Shown: one piece after another, positions 36,430 through 37,950 of the stretch | Position numbering within the stretch: position 1 is the stretch's first letter | How the letters are laid out: every line of letters begins with the position of its first letter | From: Octopus bimaculoides | Taxonomy: Eukaryota | Reading direction: 5' to 3' | Assembly (NCBI RefSeq): GCF_001194135.2 | Contig: NC_068982.1 | Coordinates: 173,594,294-173,632,243 of the forward strand | Length of the DNA stretch: 37,950 nucleotides | Translations under genes and position numbers: made by a program | The notes under the pieces: model-generated | Told to the model about the DNA's origin: nothing | What the model saw: the letters and a program-made list of their open reading frames with translations, nothing else | Databases searched by the model: none

Positions 36430-37030
36430 ACACTTATACAAGGAAAAAAATCAAAAGAGCATTAGCAATGTAAATCAGATGAATGGCTAAGGATTGAAAC
36501 TGAGTCACCACAAATGAATGGCACACAGTGGTACTTCAAAGCAATTTTAAAACAACTTCTGAGATTACAGTTGAATAGCAGAATTTAACTATGCCACGGC
36601 TGCAACAGAGTATTTAGCCCAGTGGGAAAAAACACTTAAAAGACTCGTCAATGTTGTCGAGAAAACAAATACAAAGTAAAGACATACGCAAATATAGAAA
36701 AAAAAGATGGAAATCGTAAAGTAATGATCCAAAATTCATTTAAAATGGTTGTATGTGATGAGCAATTAGATATATTGTGTTGATATCGTGGAAATAAATG
36801 ATGAGGGATGCAGATAGATATTTATTTCTACGAGGTAATCGGAAAACACATGGATAGTTACAAATGTAAAAAAAAAAGAAATAGATAGCTATTTACCTAT
36901 ATATTTAGGTACACTGACAGATGAATTTACATATATAAATGGGAGGATGATTTGATTAGAGTACAAGAAACCGAGGGAGATATTTTCTCCCTCCATTAAA
37001 GCATGAAAATTGACCTAAAAAAACTGGCCA
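36430..37030 (+). mobile_element. Possible degenerate hAT (Charlie/Spin-like) transposase fragment
   Basis: LFTYIFRYTD (cf. QLAIFIRYVD) followed in frame by EDDLIRVQETEGDIFSL.*SMKIDLKKLA (cf. EELL.L..L...T.G.DIF......IDLKKL). Upstream YLAQWEKTL is a weak match. No TIRs found. Confidence 0.42.
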
Positions 37031-37067
37031 ATGGCGAGATGTTTGCAAACATCATAGATATACCAGT

Positions 37068-37102
<35 letters not shown>

Positions 37103-37409
37103 AATATATATATATTGTGGTACAGAAATTAGTAATTTAACGATAATGATGACAATATATGCATGTTAGAGTAAATGCTTGTGTGTGAGTGGGGAAGAAT
37201 CAATCAATGAACTGAACCATCATTTGCCAAACATTATGAAAAAAGAGCTTTTTTGCATATCTCGATATCAATAGCCATGAGTACATTAATGTATGTGTAT
37301 GATATAGATATACTTTTATGTCTGTGTGTACCATATGTATGCGCGCACATACACACGCACGCACACACACACACAAAGATAGATAGATAGAAAGATAGAA
37401 AGATGTAAA

Positions 37410-37498
<89 letters not shown>

Positions 37499-37865
37499 TT
37501 GTATGAGAATGTTTAGGAGCACAAGTTCTAACAGACATACATAAAAATAGTACAAGAAATATTTCAGTAATTTTAGTCATTGAAGGGAAGATTTCTGCTT
37601 CAGAATGATAAATATTCCATACACACACACACACATTTTATATGTTCAATTGTTATAAAAACAATTTTACTGATGGGTTACTCTATACTTTTGTTGAGTA
37701 TAGATTCATTATTCTTAAAAAAGAATATAATAGGCAATGATTTCGAAATTTCGACTCAATCTCAATATTCTTGTTTAAGAATAATACACACACATACATA
37801 CATACATGCATACACACACACACATATATATATGCATATATTTCCATATATATATTTATATATTT

Positions 37866-37899
<34 letters not shown>

Positions 37900-37950
37900 G
37901 CATATATTTCCATATATATATTTATATATTTACACACACACACACACACA

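Overview
AT-rich animal genomic DNA from a gapped draft assembly: 13 N-runs, about 6.8 kb (~18%), nearly all next to microsatellites. The SINE and LINE families resemble those I recall from Octopus genomes; this is an inference, not a database match. I could not support any host protein-coding exon, tRNA, rRNA or CRISPR array, and almost all ORFs in the track are microsatellite or N artefacts. The window is a mosaic of decayed mobile elements: tRNA-derived SINEs of several families, three co-oriented Dong/R4-type LINE fragments chained through (TAA)n arrays, four Penelope-like fragments (two possibly the halves of one inverted insertion), a mariner MITE, a Tc2/pogo-like MITE, an inverted-repeat element enclosing telomere-like repeats, and a probable hAT transposase relic. 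It also holds a 40-bp minisatellite that is substitution-rich but indel-free. All protein family calls come from manual translation compared with remembered motifs. I see no convincing novel multi-gene system; the best leads are structural features of the mobile elements.
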